The notes below the pieces were generated by a model. It saw nothing but the letters and a program-made list of their open reading frames with translations. It made no database searches and was not told the DNA's origin. 64,000 bases of DNA from an uncultured Muribaculaceae bacterium (GTDB lineage: Bacteria > Cyanobacteriota > Vampirovibrionia > Gastranaerophilales > Gastranaerophilaceae), in NCBI GenBank assembly GCA_964499135.1, contig CAZCIW010000005.1:2921-66920 (forward strand), given 5' to 3'. Shown one piece after another: positions 53,401 to 63,056 of this stretch (positions are counted from its first letter, which is position 1; the number at the start of each line of letters is the position of its first letter). Both the position numbers and the translations under genes were made by a program.

Positions 53401-53948
53401 TCAATAAATGCAATATCATAATTATTTAAATATATGTTAGGAAGTTTATTCGATAATTTAACGCCGAAAGGAAGTCCAGAGGTAATATTCTTATTTTCAT
53501 TTTTATTTTTTGCGGTTTTGCTTTTGCTATTGAAATTTAATGCTTGTACTGCATCTTTAAATAGAAATCGACCGTCTTTATTTACCCCAAACGTTATTTT
53601 TGAATTGTTTACAGAGATTTTATCAAGTTCAACTTGTCTTGCAAAAAGCGGAATAATTGACAATTTTATTTGAAAATTGTCAGATGATAAGAATTCACTG
53701 TTATCAGGAAGTTTAAAGTTTACATGGTTAACTTCCAATCCAATTGTAAGTTTTGGTGTTGTAACAAGCTTTATTCCTTCAAAATTAGCTTTGAAGTTTG
53801 TTGTGTCTTCAATAATTTTTTCTATTTCTCTAATATGCGCGTTGATAATTCCGTTTACAAAATACGGAACTGTTAAAAATAGTAAGTATAAAAAAACTAT
53901 AATTCCGCAGATAGTGTATGCGGCAAATTTTATTGCTTTATTTTTCAT
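50415..53948 (-). CDS. AsmA/TamB-like giant envelope protein
   Basis: 1177 aa. A single N-terminal TM anchor (FAAYTICGIIVFLYLLFLTV), a long beta-rich N/K/T/I repetitive body and a C-terminal coiled-coil tail. The family call rests on architecture only. Confidence 0.5.
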   Translation of the reverse strand: MKNKAIKFAAYTICGIIVFLYLLFLTVPYFVNGIINAHIREIEKIIEDTTNFKANFEGIKLVTTPKLTIGLEVNHVNFKLPDNSEFLSSDNFQIKLSIIPLFARQVELDKISVNNSKITFGVNKDGRFLFKDAVQALNFNSKSKTAKNKNENKNITSGLPFGVKLSNKLPNIYLNNYDIAFIDLSNSKKYYLDGDKFHITDFILDKRVKIKANGEIVFDGEKQFSYDIKVNNQIMPDMNLNDIVFAEPAETKTNDNVKTAESNNRENVNTCEFVDNMLPFNIIDIFEAIHKNQLAANIYANLKTAGTFDDIQYDGMLKIDGMTVAVDGKKLPEGIVNATFKGNKTTFNSNLYTSMDKNESSTINGIIETGKNPKFSMQLLSNAKINNLIAIIDSLAKSFGVNDFDTLSATGQIDANFDISGDKKSVKSSGYLKIPTASIKYGLYDILIDKINADIDLSDNNVYIKDFSFTVLDQPLKIFGKLTSDAIADLHLTADKLLLKALVAATGQIGILKENKFNSGTLSMDATLKGKLSSPIPAVNLSIDNVNIKNIPTDTAIMLAKSTINIKTDGKTFIGTINANSASVNNPLASIKLPSANVSIDDKDIKITNGYITLDNSRIDITGGIYNYTKKLNIDLSAKGNVVATDLKNMIPKDLRIFVGEAKGQIPLNMHISGDIQTQNIDIDLTATPDNYFRILDIETLKGKNSTIKSSMKLANDNLKFSNTGIYTDTVTIATLGGTINNLSKAQNLDLNLAVPEFVKMPIPSFSSKSLVNTKGNISIGGTALKPTLKGNISIPEIKIPEMLVSLSNLEITLNGALANGKATLAKIVSGGIIAENITSDFTFNPATCVLYLKNIYGTAFNGKVKGDISYNTLNGKIGVIFEGSDMEAITAIEGATGIKNALTGTLGFKVNVTLSGTTDTEMIKNLKGSMSFDITDGALISIGKIENLVSAGNVTSNIIMKAAIASLSSIQVIKESANFKYIKGSMTFNDGWAHLTSIKTSGPSMAYYITGKYNILNGTTNVIILGRLGSDVVAALGPIGQLSADKLTSYIPKFGAATASILNSMTSNPKNEKIDEIPQLSNKNEVYKDFKVNFNGGIDSPSSIKSFKWLSNPDMSAINSPTLKEQIIQNKDNLKTDVSEKLETIKTIKEQSSENIKNELQNVKDSVNELKNLFKF

Positions 53949-53962
53949 TGTATATCCCTCAT

Positions 53963-54823
53963 TTATTTTTTTAATTTTTTAGGCTCAACATTCCACCGGA
54001 TATGTGGATTTTGTCTGAACCATGTAAGCTGCCGTTTTGCATAATTTCTTGTATTTTGCTTAAGAATATCCTTTGCCTTATCAAGTGAAACTAAGCCATC
54101 AAGATATGCAATTATTTCACGATAACCTATTGTTCCTGTTATATTTTTTATTCTACCGTATTTTTTTAATAAATTCTCGCATTCATCAATAAGTCCGTTT
54201 TTTATCATGATTTCGACGCGTTTGTTGATTCTGTCATAAAGTTGTGGACGTTCAAAGTTTCGACCGAGCCACTCAACTTCATATTCAGGTTCTTTTTTAT
54301 GTTCTAAAAGAGGCTTTTCTATGTGTTTTGCAAGTTCTATTGCGCGAATGAGTTTTTTCTTGTCATTTATCTCAATTTTAAATTCTTTATCAGGCGCAAG
54401 TTCTTTTAGCATTTTGTTTAAATCTTCCCAAGAATAGTTTGCAAGTTTTGCACGCATTTCGTAATCGGGTTCTACTCTTGGAACATCATAGCCTTCAAGA
54501 AGCAGTCTGAAATATAATCCGGTTCCGCCGGTAATGATGGGGGTTTTTCCTCGAGAAAGAATGTCTTTAATTGCGTTTCCGGCTTCTTCTGCGTAAATTC
54601 CCGCCGAATAGTCAAATTCCGGTGAAACTAAATCTATCATATGATGCGGAATTCCGTCCATTTCTTCAGTTGTAGGTTTTGCCGCACCTATATCAAATCC
54701 TTTATATACAAGTCTTGAGTCAGCTGATACGATTTCTCCGTCAATCTTTTTTGCAAGTTCTATTGCATAAGCGGTTTTGCCAGATGCAGTTGCCCCGACT
54801 ATTGCAATTACTTTAGGCTTCAT
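53963..54823 (-). CDS. miaA: tRNA dimethylallyltransferase
   Basis: VIAIVGATASGKTAYAIELAK...IVSADSRLVYKGFDIGAAKPT. Confidence 0.9.
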   Translation of the reverse strand: MKPKVIAIVGATASGKTAYAIELAKKIDGEIVSADSRLVYKGFDIGAAKPTTEEMDGIPHHMIDLVSPEFDYSAGIYAEEAGNAIKDILSRGKTPIITGGTGLYFRLLLEGYDVPRVEPDYEMRAKLANYSWEDLNKMLKELAPDKEFKIEINDKKKLIRAIELAKHIEKPLLEHKKEPEYEVEWLGRNFERPQLYDRINKRVEIMIKNGLIDECENLLKKYGRIKNITGTIGYREIIAYLDGLVSLDKAKDILKQNTRNYAKRQLTWFRQNPHIRWNVEPKKLKK

Positions 54824-55658
54824 TTTTCACTTCCGTTTCGCAGAATTCTTGTCTGTAAAAGCTGAAGGTTAAAACTACACTGTATATTATGTAATAAAAA
54901 ACAAGTACCATAATCAGAATATACAAAATTGGGTTTATGAGCGCAAATGTGCTTATGATAGATGTAATCACGTTTAGTAAGGTTAAATATGCAAACAAAC
55001 AGATCGACTTTTTAAAGTTAATAAAGGCTTTTTTTATTCCTTTAATCAGTGCCATAAGTGGATTTGGTGTTGAATATACAATCTCCGGTACCCACAGCAT
55101 TATTGAAAATAAAAATAATGTTGTGGTAGAGAAAATAAGCAAATTCCATAATCTAAGTTTTGTCAACTGATCTGCCGAAAGTGAACTTAACAGAGTTATT
55201 AATTCCTGTGGGGTTGACGATATGATTTTAGAGGCTTGTTCCGGAGTATAAACAGCTCCAATAAGATTCGTTCCGATCATATCTACTGCAAAATACGCTG
55301 CAACGGCATAGATTTTAAACAATAAAAACATCCCAAAGAATGAAAGGAAAAATTTTCCTATTCCTCTCGGCATAAGTTTAAAAAGGTTTCCTATTGCATT
55401 AATTCTATATTCGTCAAAAACGTAAACCCCTTTAGATATTTCGATTCCTTTTTTGACCATGTAAAACCAGCCTGAAAAAAATATTCCTGCCATTATTAAT
55501 GTTGTAATTAGTGCAATTATGAATTCAGCGGGAACGTCGATAAATTTGTTGGCATAACCGATATAAAAAGACATTATCCATATGAATAATACCAATGGGA
55601 TTGCCAATATTATACAATCATTTGCTGTTTTAAACGATTCTTTGAAAAGTCTTAGCAT
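54813..55658 (-). CDS. polytopic membrane protein, unknown function
   Basis: About 6 hydrophobic segments and no recognised motif. It overlaps the miaA start by 11 nt. Confidence 0.5.
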   Translation of the reverse strand: MLRLFKESFKTANDCIILAIPLVLFIWIMSFYIGYANKFIDVPAEFIIALITTLIMAGIFFSGWFYMVKKGIEISKGVYVFDEYRINAIGNLFKLMPRGIGKFFLSFFGMFLLFKIYAVAAYFAVDMIGTNLIGAVYTPEQASKIISSTPQELITLLSSLSADQLTKLRLWNLLIFSTTTLFLFSIMLWVPEIVYSTPNPLMALIKGIKKAFINFKKSICLFAYLTLLNVITSIISTFALINPILYILIMVLVFYYIIYSVVLTFSFYRQEFCETEVKNEA

Positions 55659-55697
55659 TTTTAACCTCAGAAATGTTGATTTACCTAAACAACCTAC

Positions 55698-56849
55698 CTA
55701 AACAAGTTCTTCTTGTTGTTTTTCTTGCTTTTTATTCATTTCAAGCTTGCGTTTGCGTCTTCTCATAAGGTCTACAAATGCTTCTAATCTTGTGAGATAT
55801 CCAGCTTTACCGGTTTGTTCGTCCATAATTAACGGTAAAATCGGAATATCACAGTTCTCTCTCATTGCAGGAAAAATATTTTGTGACATTATTTCCGGCA
55901 TGCAGGTAAATGGACTGATATGAATAATTCCGTCAATTCCCCGTTGATCCGCATAAGCTACATCTGACACGCATTCCAAGGCATCACCTCCGATGTCTCT
56001 CATCAGATACGGTTTTGCAAGACGGTTTGCTCTTTGGAGGTGAGTCTCTCCTTTCCTGAAAATTTTAGGTATAATTGCATCTTTCAAAAAGCTGCTTACT
56101 GTCAAACTTTTTCTAGTTTCAACTCCCATTTTTCCAAGTTCTTTTACGATATCCTGATTTGAAAATTTATCGCATACAAGGTAAATTTCGCCTGTTATAT
56201 CTACATGTAACACTTCTCGATTTTTGTCGTACGCAACTTTGTCCATTTCTTCAAATGCCAATTTTTTCGCGCGGTTAATCTGCGAAGTTGTCATTGCCGC
56301 ATCAATTATTTTGATAGCTTTTAAAAATTGTTTTTCTGCATCCCCGAATTTTAATTCTCTTGCTCTCAAGTATGATAATTTTGCTTCAAGTTCATCAAGA
56401 ATAAATACCTTTCTAATCATAAGCACCATAGCTCTGACAAAAAGTATGGGATCGTTTTTTCCTGTAATTTCTTTGAGAAAATTATATAATCCTTGGATTC
56501 CGTCGTACAGCGTTAATTCAATATATTTCGCTTTATAACCGAGATCTTCCAAAGCATTATTAATACATTTTCCGTACTCGCCAAGTCTGCAACACCCCGG
56601 TGATGATAGCATTGCTACGTAATCGGTTCCGCCTTCTATTGCTTCAATAAAGTTTCCCATAATAAGCTTATAAGGGAGACAGATTGCCTCCGGAGAATGC
56701 TTTGTTCCGAGAGAAAGAGTCCTTTTGTTTGTATATGGAGGTACAAACGGTTCAACTCCAACTTTTCTTAAAGCTGCTGACCATGCTATATATATAGTTC
56801 CCATATGAGGGAATGCTACTTTTATTTTTTTCTTTTCGTTATTTGCCAA
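55698..56849 (-). CDS. acyl-CoA dehydratase activase-related (DUF2229-like) protein (tentative)
   Basis: N-terminal VAFPHMGTIYIAWSAALRKVGVEPFVPP...GTKHSPEAICLPYK resembles that family as I remember it. Not verified. Confidence 0.4.
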   Translation of the reverse strand: MANNEKKKIKVAFPHMGTIYIAWSAALRKVGVEPFVPPYTNKRTLSLGTKHSPEAICLPYKLIMGNFIEAIEGGTDYVAMLSSPGCCRLGEYGKCINNALEDLGYKAKYIELTLYDGIQGLYNFLKEITGKNDPILFVRAMVLMIRKVFILDELEAKLSYLRARELKFGDAEKQFLKAIKIIDAAMTTSQINRAKKLAFEEMDKVAYDKNREVLHVDITGEIYLVCDKFSNQDIVKELGKMGVETRKSLTVSSFLKDAIIPKIFRKGETHLQRANRLAKPYLMRDIGGDALECVSDVAYADQRGIDGIIHISPFTCMPEIMSQNIFPAMRENCDIPILPLIMDEQTGKAGYLTRLEAFVDLMRRRKRKLEMNKKQEKQQEELV

Positions 56850-56875
56850 TTTTTAGCCTTTCAATTTTGTATTTT

Positions 56876-58300
56876 TTAGTTTTCTTTAAAGTTTAAGTCC
56901 GGATGGCGCGCCGCTTGAGTTTCGTCAATTCTTTTTACAGGAGTTGTGTGCGGCGCGCTTGTAACTCTTTCTGGATTTGTTTTTGCTTCATTGAAAATTT
57001 TTATCATAATTTGTGCAAACTCATCCATTCTTTCTTTTGTTTCACTTTCAGTCGGTTCAATCATCATTGCTTCATGAACAATTAGCGGGAAATAAACCGT
57101 CGGTGGATGCGTATTTTCGTCCATTAATGCTTTCGCAACATTGAGCGTTGAAACTCCGTATTCATGTTTTAACTTTTCGCCTGATAAAACAAATTCGTGC
57201 ATACATTTTGTATCATACGGAAGTTCGTAATATTTTTTTAGTTTTTCTTTTAGATAATTTGCATTTAATACTGCATTTTCGCTTGCTTCTTTCAAATTTT
57301 TGCCCATCATCAGGATATATGCATATGCTCTGACCAGTACAGTAAAACTTCCGAAAAAGTTCCTAACGTTTCCGATTGAATGTTGCAGATTATATTTTCT
57401 GTAATATTTTGTTCCGTCAAAATCGACAACAGGAACCGGTAAAAACTCTTTCAAAGATTTTACCACTCCAACAGGTCCGGCACCGGGACCTCCACCACCG
57501 TGCGGAGTTGCAAAGGTTTTGTGGAGATTAAGATGTACTACGTCAAACCCCATAAGCTTTGGGTTTGTGTGACCCATGATTGCGTTAAAGTTTGCGCCGT
57601 CATAATATAACAAAGAGCCGTTTTCGTGCATTAATTTCGAAATTTCAAGCACATTTTCTTCGTAAATTCCGAGAGTATTCGGATTTGTCATCATAATTGC
57701 CGCAACTTCGTTGTCAAGAAGTGTTTTTAAGTCATCTACATCAACTTGTCCTTTGTTATTTGATTTTACTGAAATTATTTCAAATCCGCACAGTGCAGCA
57801 CTTGCAGGGTTAGTCCCATGTGCAGAATCCGGAACGATGACTTTTTTTCTGGTTTCCCCTTTTACTTCAAAATACTTTTTAATAACCATCATGCCTGTAA
57901 GTTCTCCGTGAGCACCGGCAGCCGGTTGAAGTGTTATTGCATCCATTCCTGTAATTTTCTTTAAGCTCTCTTGAAGATTATACATCAATTCAAGCGCACC
58001 CTGAACTTCTTCATCAGCCTGTGCAGGATGAAGATTTCCAAAACCTTCAAGTGATGCTAAGAGTTCATTTACTTTTGGATTATATTTCATTGTGCATGAG
58101 CCGAGTGGATAAAATCCTTTTTCTATACAAAAATTCAAATCAGAAAGTTCTTTGTAATGACGCATAACTTCAAGTTCACTGGTTTGCGGAAGATTTAAAA
58201 TACCTTCTCTAAGAAATCTCTTGTCGATAAAGTCTGTGTTGACAGATTCGCCAAATGTTATCCCGTCAATATTGTTGCTTTTTTCAAATATTGTTTTCAT
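56876..58300 (-). CDS. gcvPB: glycine dehydrogenase (decarboxylating) subunit 2
   Basis: PLP-Lys motif NLHKTFATPHGGGGPG; 474 aa. Confidence 0.9.
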   Translation of the reverse strand: MKTIFEKSNNIDGITFGESVNTDFIDKRFLREGILNLPQTSELEVMRHYKELSDLNFCIEKGFYPLGSCTMKYNPKVNELLASLEGFGNLHPAQADEEVQGALELMYNLQESLKKITGMDAITLQPAAGAHGELTGMMVIKKYFEVKGETRKKVIVPDSAHGTNPASAALCGFEIISVKSNNKGQVDVDDLKTLLDNEVAAIMMTNPNTLGIYEENVLEISKLMHENGSLLYYDGANFNAIMGHTNPKLMGFDVVHLNLHKTFATPHGGGGPGAGPVGVVKSLKEFLPVPVVDFDGTKYYRKYNLQHSIGNVRNFFGSFTVLVRAYAYILMMGKNLKEASENAVLNANYLKEKLKKYYELPYDTKCMHEFVLSGEKLKHEYGVSTLNVAKALMDENTHPPTVYFPLIVHEAMMIEPTESETKERMDEFAQIMIKIFNEAKTNPERVTSAPHTTPVKRIDETQAARHPDLNFKEN

Positions 58301-58304
58301 TTAA

Positions 58305-58916
58305 CTAAATTATCCCCTGTCTTTTTAAGTCTTTTTTTATTTTATCAAGTCCCGATTGAATAATTCTGGAAATTCTTGACTGAGAAATATCAAATTCTTC
58401 AGAAATCTCTCTTAGTTTTTTTTCTTTAAAAAACTTATATTCAATTAATTCTCTCTCTCTTTTTGGAAGTTTTTTCATGCACTCAATGATTTGGGTTTTA
58501 AGTTCTGCGAATTCAATTGTTTCTTCGGGAGTTCGTTCTTCAGCTTTTATTTGTGTCGGAACCTCGGCATCTTGCATTTCATCTATAGAGAGAATTGTCT
58601 TGTAAACTTCGACACGAACTTCCTGTTCTTCTTCCATATCTTGAAGTTGTTGTTTCCTGTTTTTTAGAGAATACCACTTGTAGCGGCGCCTCACTTCGTT
58701 TCTGATAGCCCATTTGATTGCAGTTGAAAGATATGTGCTGTTGTATGAGTCAGGAGAATTGTTTTTGAACAGTATATAAAGTGTATGATTGCCAATATTA
58801 ATCAGTTCCGGTAATTCAATCAAATGCGAAACTGAAAATTTTTGATACTCAACCTTAGCTATAGTTTCAATTAAATTTTTATAATCTCTTAGATTAACTT
58901 TTTGTTCAGCTGTCAT
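58305..58916 (-). CDS. sigma-70 family sigma factor, paralog of 11369-12031
   Basis: AIKWAIRNEVRRRYKWYSLK (compare AVRWAIRNELRIRYKWYSLK) and region 4 HTH LPKRERELIEYKFFKEKKLREISEEFDISQSRISRIIQSGL. Confidence 0.7.
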   Translation of the reverse strand: MTAEQKVNLRDYKNLIETIAKVEYQKFSVSHLIELPELINIGNHTLYILFKNNSPDSYNSTYLSTAIKWAIRNEVRRRYKWYSLKNRKQQLQDMEEEQEVRVEVYKTILSIDEMQDAEVPTQIKAEERTPEETIEFAELKTQIIECMKKLPKRERELIEYKFFKEKKLREISEEFDISQSRISRIIQSGLDKIKKDLKRQGII

Positions 58917-59062
58917 AACTACAACACTTATCCTGAGAATATTCCTTCTATATCTATAGTATCAGAAAAAAATATAGATTACCAGTTAATTTAATTTTAC
59001 TTAACATAAATTATACTGTTTGATAAATTAGGTTTTAAATTTTTCTTAGAAGGGAATATGTG

Positions 59063-59917
59063 ATGAAAATTTTATTTTGTACAGATGGCTCAAAAATAAG
59101 TTTTGACGGATTGAAAAATATTTCTGCATGGACAAAAGATGCTGTTGTTGATGTTATTTCAGTAATTGATTGGAGTTTTCTTCCTGATAATATTGTAGTT
59201 GAATCGGATGGTTTCTTTACTCGTTGTGCAAGCGTAGCTGATGATATTCTAGATTATGCAAAATCAAAAGTTGAAGCTAGTGGTCTTCTGTTTGGAAAAA
59301 AAATTAAGCAATGTGGAAGTGTAGTTGATTCAATTATGGAGCAGGCAGAAAATGAAAATTATGACTTGGTACTTCTCGGCTCTCACGGCAAAAAAGGGTT
59401 TCAGCAGTGGCTTGGGTCTGTTTCCAGAGAAATTTCATATGGCGAAAAGCTCTCAACTTATGTATCTAAGAACGAGACTAAAGGTGAGAGGATTCTTTTT
59501 ACAACAGACGGTTCCGAATGTGCGGATTTTGCAATAGAAAAATCTCTTGAATTTTTTAATTTGGAGAATAAAAAAAATTATATATGTACTGTTAATGAAA
59601 CTGCTGATGTACTTTTTCTTGATGGAAAAGTAGATTATAATTGGATTTTAGAGATTGAACATCGTCAGGAAGTATATTCTCAGTCAACATTGCAGAGGCT
59701 TGAAAATCGTTTCAAGTGCAAAGGACTTGCAATACAAAATTCAATGATATTACATGGGAATCCTTCTAAAAAAATTATTGATTATGCTCAAGAACAAGAA
59801 ATTGACTTAATTGTCGCAGGGAGCCACGGTAATACTAAAATGAAGGATTTTTTGCTTGGTTCTGTTAGTAAAAGAATTCTTGAAAATGCAAAATGTGATG
59901 TTGTTATATTCAAATGA
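59063..59917 (+). CDS. tandem universal stress protein (2 x UspA domains)
   Basis: KILFCTDGS...LVLLGSHGKKGFQQWLGSVS, then ILFTTDGSE...LIVAGSHGNTKMKDFLLGSVS. Confidence 0.8.
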   Translation: MKILFCTDGSKISFDGLKNISAWTKDAVVDVISVIDWSFLPDNIVVESDGFFTRCASVADDILDYAKSKVEASGLLFGKKIKQCGSVVDSIMEQAENENYDLVLLGSHGKKGFQQWLGSVSREISYGEKLSTYVSKNETKGERILFTTDGSECADFAIEKSLEFFNLENKKNYICTVNETADVLFLDGKVDYNWILEIEHRQEVYSQSTLQRLENRFKCKGLAIQNSMILHGNPSKKIIDYAQEQEIDLIVAGSHGNTKMKDFLLGSVSKRILENAKCDVVIFK

Positions 59918-59968
59918 TTTGCAAACTTTATCATTGACTGGAATGTTAAAAAGTGTAATAATTAGTAT

Positions 59969-60841
59969 ATGTTTAAGTATTATGGAAAATGTGCGCCATA
60001 TTTGTTTTTGTTGCCGGCGGCAATAGTTCTTTTAATATTCTTTTTTATTCCTTTTTTTCAAACTTTTATTTTAAGTTTTCAAAATTATTCAAATAGTCTT
60101 TATCAACCAAGTTTTGCGGGTTTGGAAAATTATATCAATCTTTTTCAAAATGCCGTTTTCTATAAAGTTTTACTAAATACTTTTATATACTTGCTTGTTG
60201 CGGTTCCTATTTTAGCAATAGTTCCTTTGTTTTTGGCAATTCTTCTGACTCAGAAAATACGAGGAATTACGCTGTATAAAATCATTATTTATTTGCCTGT
60301 TATTGTATCAATAGTCGTTGCGGCAATTGCGTTTAAGTGGCTATTTGCTCAGACAGGTATTTTGAATTATATTGTTATCTCTTTTGGTTTTCAGAGTATC
60401 GGTTGGCTTACTGATCCGAAATGGGCATTGTACTCTGTAATAATTGTTACAATATGGAAAGGGGTTGGATATTATATGATGATTTATCTTGCAGCGTTAA
60501 TGAGTGTTCCATCCGAGCTTTACGAAGCTTGTGATATCGACGGCGCCGGATTTTTCAGAAAACATTTTACTGTTACTATTCCTCACATAATGCCTACAAT
60601 TGCGTTGGTGACTACGATTAGTGCAATTTCTGCAATGAAAGTTTTTGCTGAAATCTATGTTATGACAAAAGGTGGACCTCTAAATTCCAGTAAGACGATA
60701 GTTTATTATATTTATGAACGAGCTTTTGAAAATTTAGATTTAGGATTTGCGTCTGCTATGGCTGTTGTGCTTCTTGTTATTGTGCTTGTGCTTTCGCTTG
60801 TAAATATTTTGTGCTTTGAAAAAAATAGGTATCAGATATGA
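59969..60841 (+). CDS. carbohydrate ABC transporter permease (MalF/UgpA-like)
   Basis: Six TM segments and an EAA-loop region YEACDIDGAGFFRKHFTVTIP. Confidence 0.85.
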   Translation: MFKYYGKCAPYLFLLPAAIVLLIFFFIPFFQTFILSFQNYSNSLYQPSFAGLENYINLFQNAVFYKVLLNTFIYLLVAVPILAIVPLFLAILLTQKIRGITLYKIIIYLPVIVSIVVAAIAFKWLFAQTGILNYIVISFGFQSIGWLTDPKWALYSVIIVTIWKGVGYYMMIYLAALMSVPSELYEACDIDGAGFFRKHFTVTIPHIMPTIALVTTISAISAMKVFAEIYVMTKGGPLNSSKTIVYYIYERAFENLDLGFASAMAVVLLVIVLVLSLVNILCFEKNRYQI

Positions 60842-61683
60842 TGAAAAAGTTTTTGGGAAAATTTGCAATTCATTCGGTTTTGATTTTTGTATCAATTTTG
60901 TCAGTATTTCCTTTTATATGGTTAATTTCGACATCATTAAAGGGTGGAGGTGAAAATATTTTTGCATATCCTCCGGCGATCATTCCAAAAGATTTTACGT
61001 GGGATAATTATCTTGGAGCTTGGCATAAGGTAAATTTTATCGGTTATTTTCTAAACTCAATGATTGTTGCCGGTGGAACTGTTGTTCTAAATCTTATTTT
61101 ATCTGCGATGGCTGGTTATCCGCTTGCAAGAATGGAATTTAAAGGTAAAAAAATTGCTTTCTTTGCCATTCTTGCAACAATTATGATTCCTTTTCAGGCA
61201 ATAATGCTTCCTGTATATTTGATAACCCTGAAACTTAATTTGGTGGACAGTGTAAGTAATTTCGCCGGATTTATGGGGTTAATAATGCCATTTGCAGTAA
61301 GTGCTTTTGGAATTTTTCTTATGCGTCAGGCATTTCTCGCAATTCCTAAAGAAATGGAAGAGGCTGCAATTGTTGACGGATGTAATGTTTTTCAGATTTT
61401 TTCAAAAGTATTACTTCCTATGGTAAAACCGTCGCTTGCGGTGCTTGCTATTTTTACTTTTATAGGAAGCTGGGGAGAATTCCTCTGGCCGAGTATCGTA
61501 TTGACTAAAGAATCTATGTATACTCTTCCCGTTGGTGTAAATAATTTGCAGGGAATGTTCTCTTCAAACTGGCGATTCATTGCTGCCGGCTCAATCCTTG
61601 CTACAATACCTATTCTGATATTTTTCCTTGCTATGCAAAAATACTTTATTTCAGGCGAAAACGAAGGCGCTGTTAAAGGATAA
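60838..61683 (+). CDS. carbohydrate ABC transporter permease (MalG/UgpE-like)
   Basis: EAA loop EEAAIVDGCNVFQIFSKVLLPMVKP. A 4-nt ATGA overlap with the upstream gene. Confidence 0.85.
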   Translation: MMKKFLGKFAIHSVLIFVSILSVFPFIWLISTSLKGGGENIFAYPPAIIPKDFTWDNYLGAWHKVNFIGYFLNSMIVAGGTVVLNLILSAMAGYPLARMEFKGKKIAFFAILATIMIPFQAIMLPVYLITLKLNLVDSVSNFAGFMGLIMPFAVSAFGIFLMRQAFLAIPKEMEEAAIVDGCNVFQIFSKVLLPMVKPSLAVLAIFTFIGSWGEFLWPSIVLTKESMYTLPVGVNNLQGMFSSNWRFIAAGSILATIPILIFFLAMQKYFISGENEGAVKG

Positions 61684-61705
61684 ATGGCGCGCTCGCAGGT
61701 ATTTT

Positions 61706-62830
61706 TTATTTGTAAATATATTTTTCGTTTTTGTACTCTGCATCTTCCGAAAAATATTTTTCTGCGCTACATGTGCCGAAGTTTTTAATCATAGCCTTGT
61801 CAAAATCATCGCTCAAAACAAGGTGTCCGTTTATGTAAGTTACTGAACTTTGCATTAATTCACTCGGCATTACATCGGCAACTGATTTCTTTTCGTTATC
61901 ATCAGTTCCGACTTTTTCAACTATCGGGTATAAAACATCTTTTGTTTCTACGTAACGTCTTGAAAGATCATTAAGTACATCAAAAACATACCTTTGGCGA
62001 TTTGTAACACCTTCTGATTCGGTTAAAAGCATTGTCGCTTTTTGCATTTCCATGATTGATTCTTTGTAATATTTCAAAAATCTCAATAGAAGTGCAAGGT
62101 TGTAGTGCGCATCATAGTTTAGTGGTGCAAGTTTTATTGCTTTGCAATAATAAAGTCCTGCATTGTTGTAGTCTCCGAATAAGTGGTAAGCTAGACCAAT
62201 ATTATAGTGTGCATCGTAATTGTCGGGAATTATTTTTATTGCTTCCTGATATGCGCTTATAGCTTTTGTAAGATATTCCATTCTTTGTTTTCTTGCATTG
62301 TCTTGAAAAATTGATTTTTGCCTGTAGGCGACTCCCATGTTGTAATAAGCAAGTCCCATGTTTGTTTTGTAACTTTTAATATTATTAAAAACAAATGGGA
62401 TATAAACAAACCATTTTTTTCTAATGTCCAGAATTTTTTTGTACTGCTCAATTGCTCCATCAAAGTCACCAAGCTGTTCAGCCGAGACAATCCCGTAATT
62501 CATTCTCGCAATTACATAGTTTGGATTGTGTTTAATTGAGTTTTCATAAGCATCTACAGCTGAATAATAATCTTCGTATAGAACATATATGTTTCCAAGG
62601 TTAAACCATGCACTGTAGTGTCCCGGGAATAATACAAGTCCGCGATTGTAGTAGTCGATGGCTTTTTGAAATTTATATTTTCTCAAAGCTCTGTCACCAC
62701 GCCAAACAAGATACATTCCCTGAACTTTGTTAATTTGGGTTTTATACCATTCAGGATAAAGATATACCGTGACTGCAATTGCTATCATTAGTAATATTGA
62801 AAATATTTTTGAAATTTTGCGCTTATTCAA
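61706..62830 (-). CDS. membrane-anchored TPR-repeat protein
   Basis: N-terminal TM helix IFSILLMIAIAVTVYL followed by multiple TPR units (AxxxYxxALxxxPxxxxAxxNLG pattern). TTG start with SD AAGAGG. Confidence 0.7.
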   Translation of the reverse strand: MNKRKISKIFSILLMIAIAVTVYLYPEWYKTQINKVQGMYLVWRGDRALRKYKFQKAIDYYNRGLVLFPGHYSAWFNLGNIYVLYEDYYSAVDAYENSIKHNPNYVIARMNYGIVSAEQLGDFDGAIEQYKKILDIRKKWFVYIPFVFNNIKSYKTNMGLAYYNMGVAYRQKSIFQDNARKQRMEYLTKAISAYQEAIKIIPDNYDAHYNIGLAYHLFGDYNNAGLYYCKAIKLAPLNYDAHYNLALLLRFLKYYKESIMEMQKATMLLTESEGVTNRQRYVFDVLNDLSRRYVETKDVLYPIVEKVGTDDNEKKSVADVMPSELMQSSVTYINGHLVLSDDFDKAMIKNFGTCSAEKYFSEDAEYKNEKYIYK

Positions 62831-63056
62831 AACTAACCTCTTAATTTTATATTAATCTTTGTACATTTAAAGCGCAAGTATATTAAGGAATTTTAAACTC
62901 TTTAATATATACTGAACAGAGTTATTAATCTTTCTTTTTTATTAAATATTTTTTATTTGTAACAAAAATTTAACAATTATTTATGAAATAAGCAATTTTA
63001 AAAGATACGATTTGTTTATATAAGTAAGGTTAGTTAAAATTTTTGGAGGTTAGGTT

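Noticed and set aside
58301-58304. Glycine riboswitch upstream of gcvPB
   Set aside because: Only 4 nt separate gcvPB from the upstream sigma factor gene, which leaves no room for a leader.
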